NCBI GenBank assembly: GCA_964035545.1
Contig: OZ037772.1
Coordinates: 3,129,538 to 3,193,537 of the forward strand
Direction: 5' to 3'
Length of the DNA stretch: 64,000 nt
DNA from: Bugula neritina
Taxonomy: Eukaryota > Animalia > Bryozoa
Part shown: piece after piece, positions 63,211 to 64,000 of the stretch
Numbering within the stretch: the first letter of the stretch is position 1
Layout: each line of letters opens with the position of its first letter
Program-made: the position numbers and the translations under genes
The notes under the pieces: model-generated
Told to the model about the DNA's origin: nothing
What the model saw: only the letters and a program-made list of their open reading frames with translations
The model's database searches: none

Positions 63211-64000
63211 ACATAATATAGCTATAAACATGCACGTATATAAAGAAAATAACATTCATGCAACTGGTAGTAAATACTGTTTAGTATGAGCTTCTACTAA
63301 TTTTGCTACGGCATGTAGCTGCATTATAATAAATAGCGATTTTAGGAGATCCTAAAGCACTTTATAGTCGTTTATGCAGAATTTTTCTTTCAGTCCAATA
63401 TATGAAACTTATAAAAATAATTTTAGAGAGAACATGCACTAGCCGAAAATCAATTTGTTTTCAATAAAGTATATCATAGACCTGCATACTTTGTGCAGGA
63501 AAGAAGAGAGAGCCACAAAGGAAGAGCCACGCCTACCATGTCCAATGAAAACGGACCTGTCATACTAAGTAGCTACAGACCTGCTATACGAGATAGAAAC
63601 AAACCTGCCATATTGCACAAAACTGAACCTGCAGTACTGAGCAAAGAGCAACCAATCAAATATTCCAAGCAAAGAGAAAACAATTCAGCATTGTGGAAAA
63701 ACCTCCCCAGGGGGATCAGCAAACTCCGACAGCTGGTCAAAGTTTTAGCTACAGAAAAGGAAGAATTGCCGAGTATAGTGATGATTCAGTGAGGAAAACC
63801 GCATGCTAACCTTGTTCTGGTAACCACTACACAACTGTGAAGAGAAAGAGCTGTAAAGCTACACAACTTTGAGAGATTTCTCATACAGACAGCTGTTCTA
63901 TAGGAAGTGTTACATAAGAGTTGTGACTATTGACTATTATATACAGGGCTGTAAGGATGTGGACACAATTTTAAGATTCCTTATTTTAGGAATCCAATAC

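Noticed and set aside
62838-63255. Tyr/Ile ORFs
   Set aside because: (TA)n microsatellite translations
63493-63792. 99-aa ORF with repeated PAIL-like motifs
   Set aside because: No recognisable domain or supporting exon structure within the window

Overview
AT-rich, intron-containing metazoan (probably invertebrate) genomic DNA dominated by mobile elements and gene debris. Main contents: (1) a full-length, young BEL/Pao LTR retrotransposon (996-9430; 813-bp LTRs, TCAAT TSD). It has no tRNA primer-binding site, but its PBS position is complementary to its own LTR, which suggests Tf1-like self-priming. (2) A full-length Ty3/Gypsy element (46691-54132; 305-bp LTRs, tRNA-Leu PBS, GUUAAAC/pseudoknot -1 frameshift signal) carrying an intact extra ORF in the env position that encodes a zinc-finger/coiled-coil protein; a related inverted solo LTR lies next to it. 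(3) An apparently intact 7-coding-exon TRIM-type gene (RING, two B-boxes, coiled coil, beta-propeller; 25145-31779). (4) A valyl-tRNA synthetase copy on the minus strand: exons 1-9 are open, the 3' part is deleted or degraded, and it is joined through microhomology to an inverted copy of a TRIM last intron and exon, giving a potential in-frame chimera. (5) Two copies of a fibrillar collagen pseudogene segment, NRF-6-like and Cys-rich orphan exons, LINE, Penelope, SINE and hAT-MITE fragments, and many mini/microsatellites. All calls come from manual reading and translation; no database searches were run.
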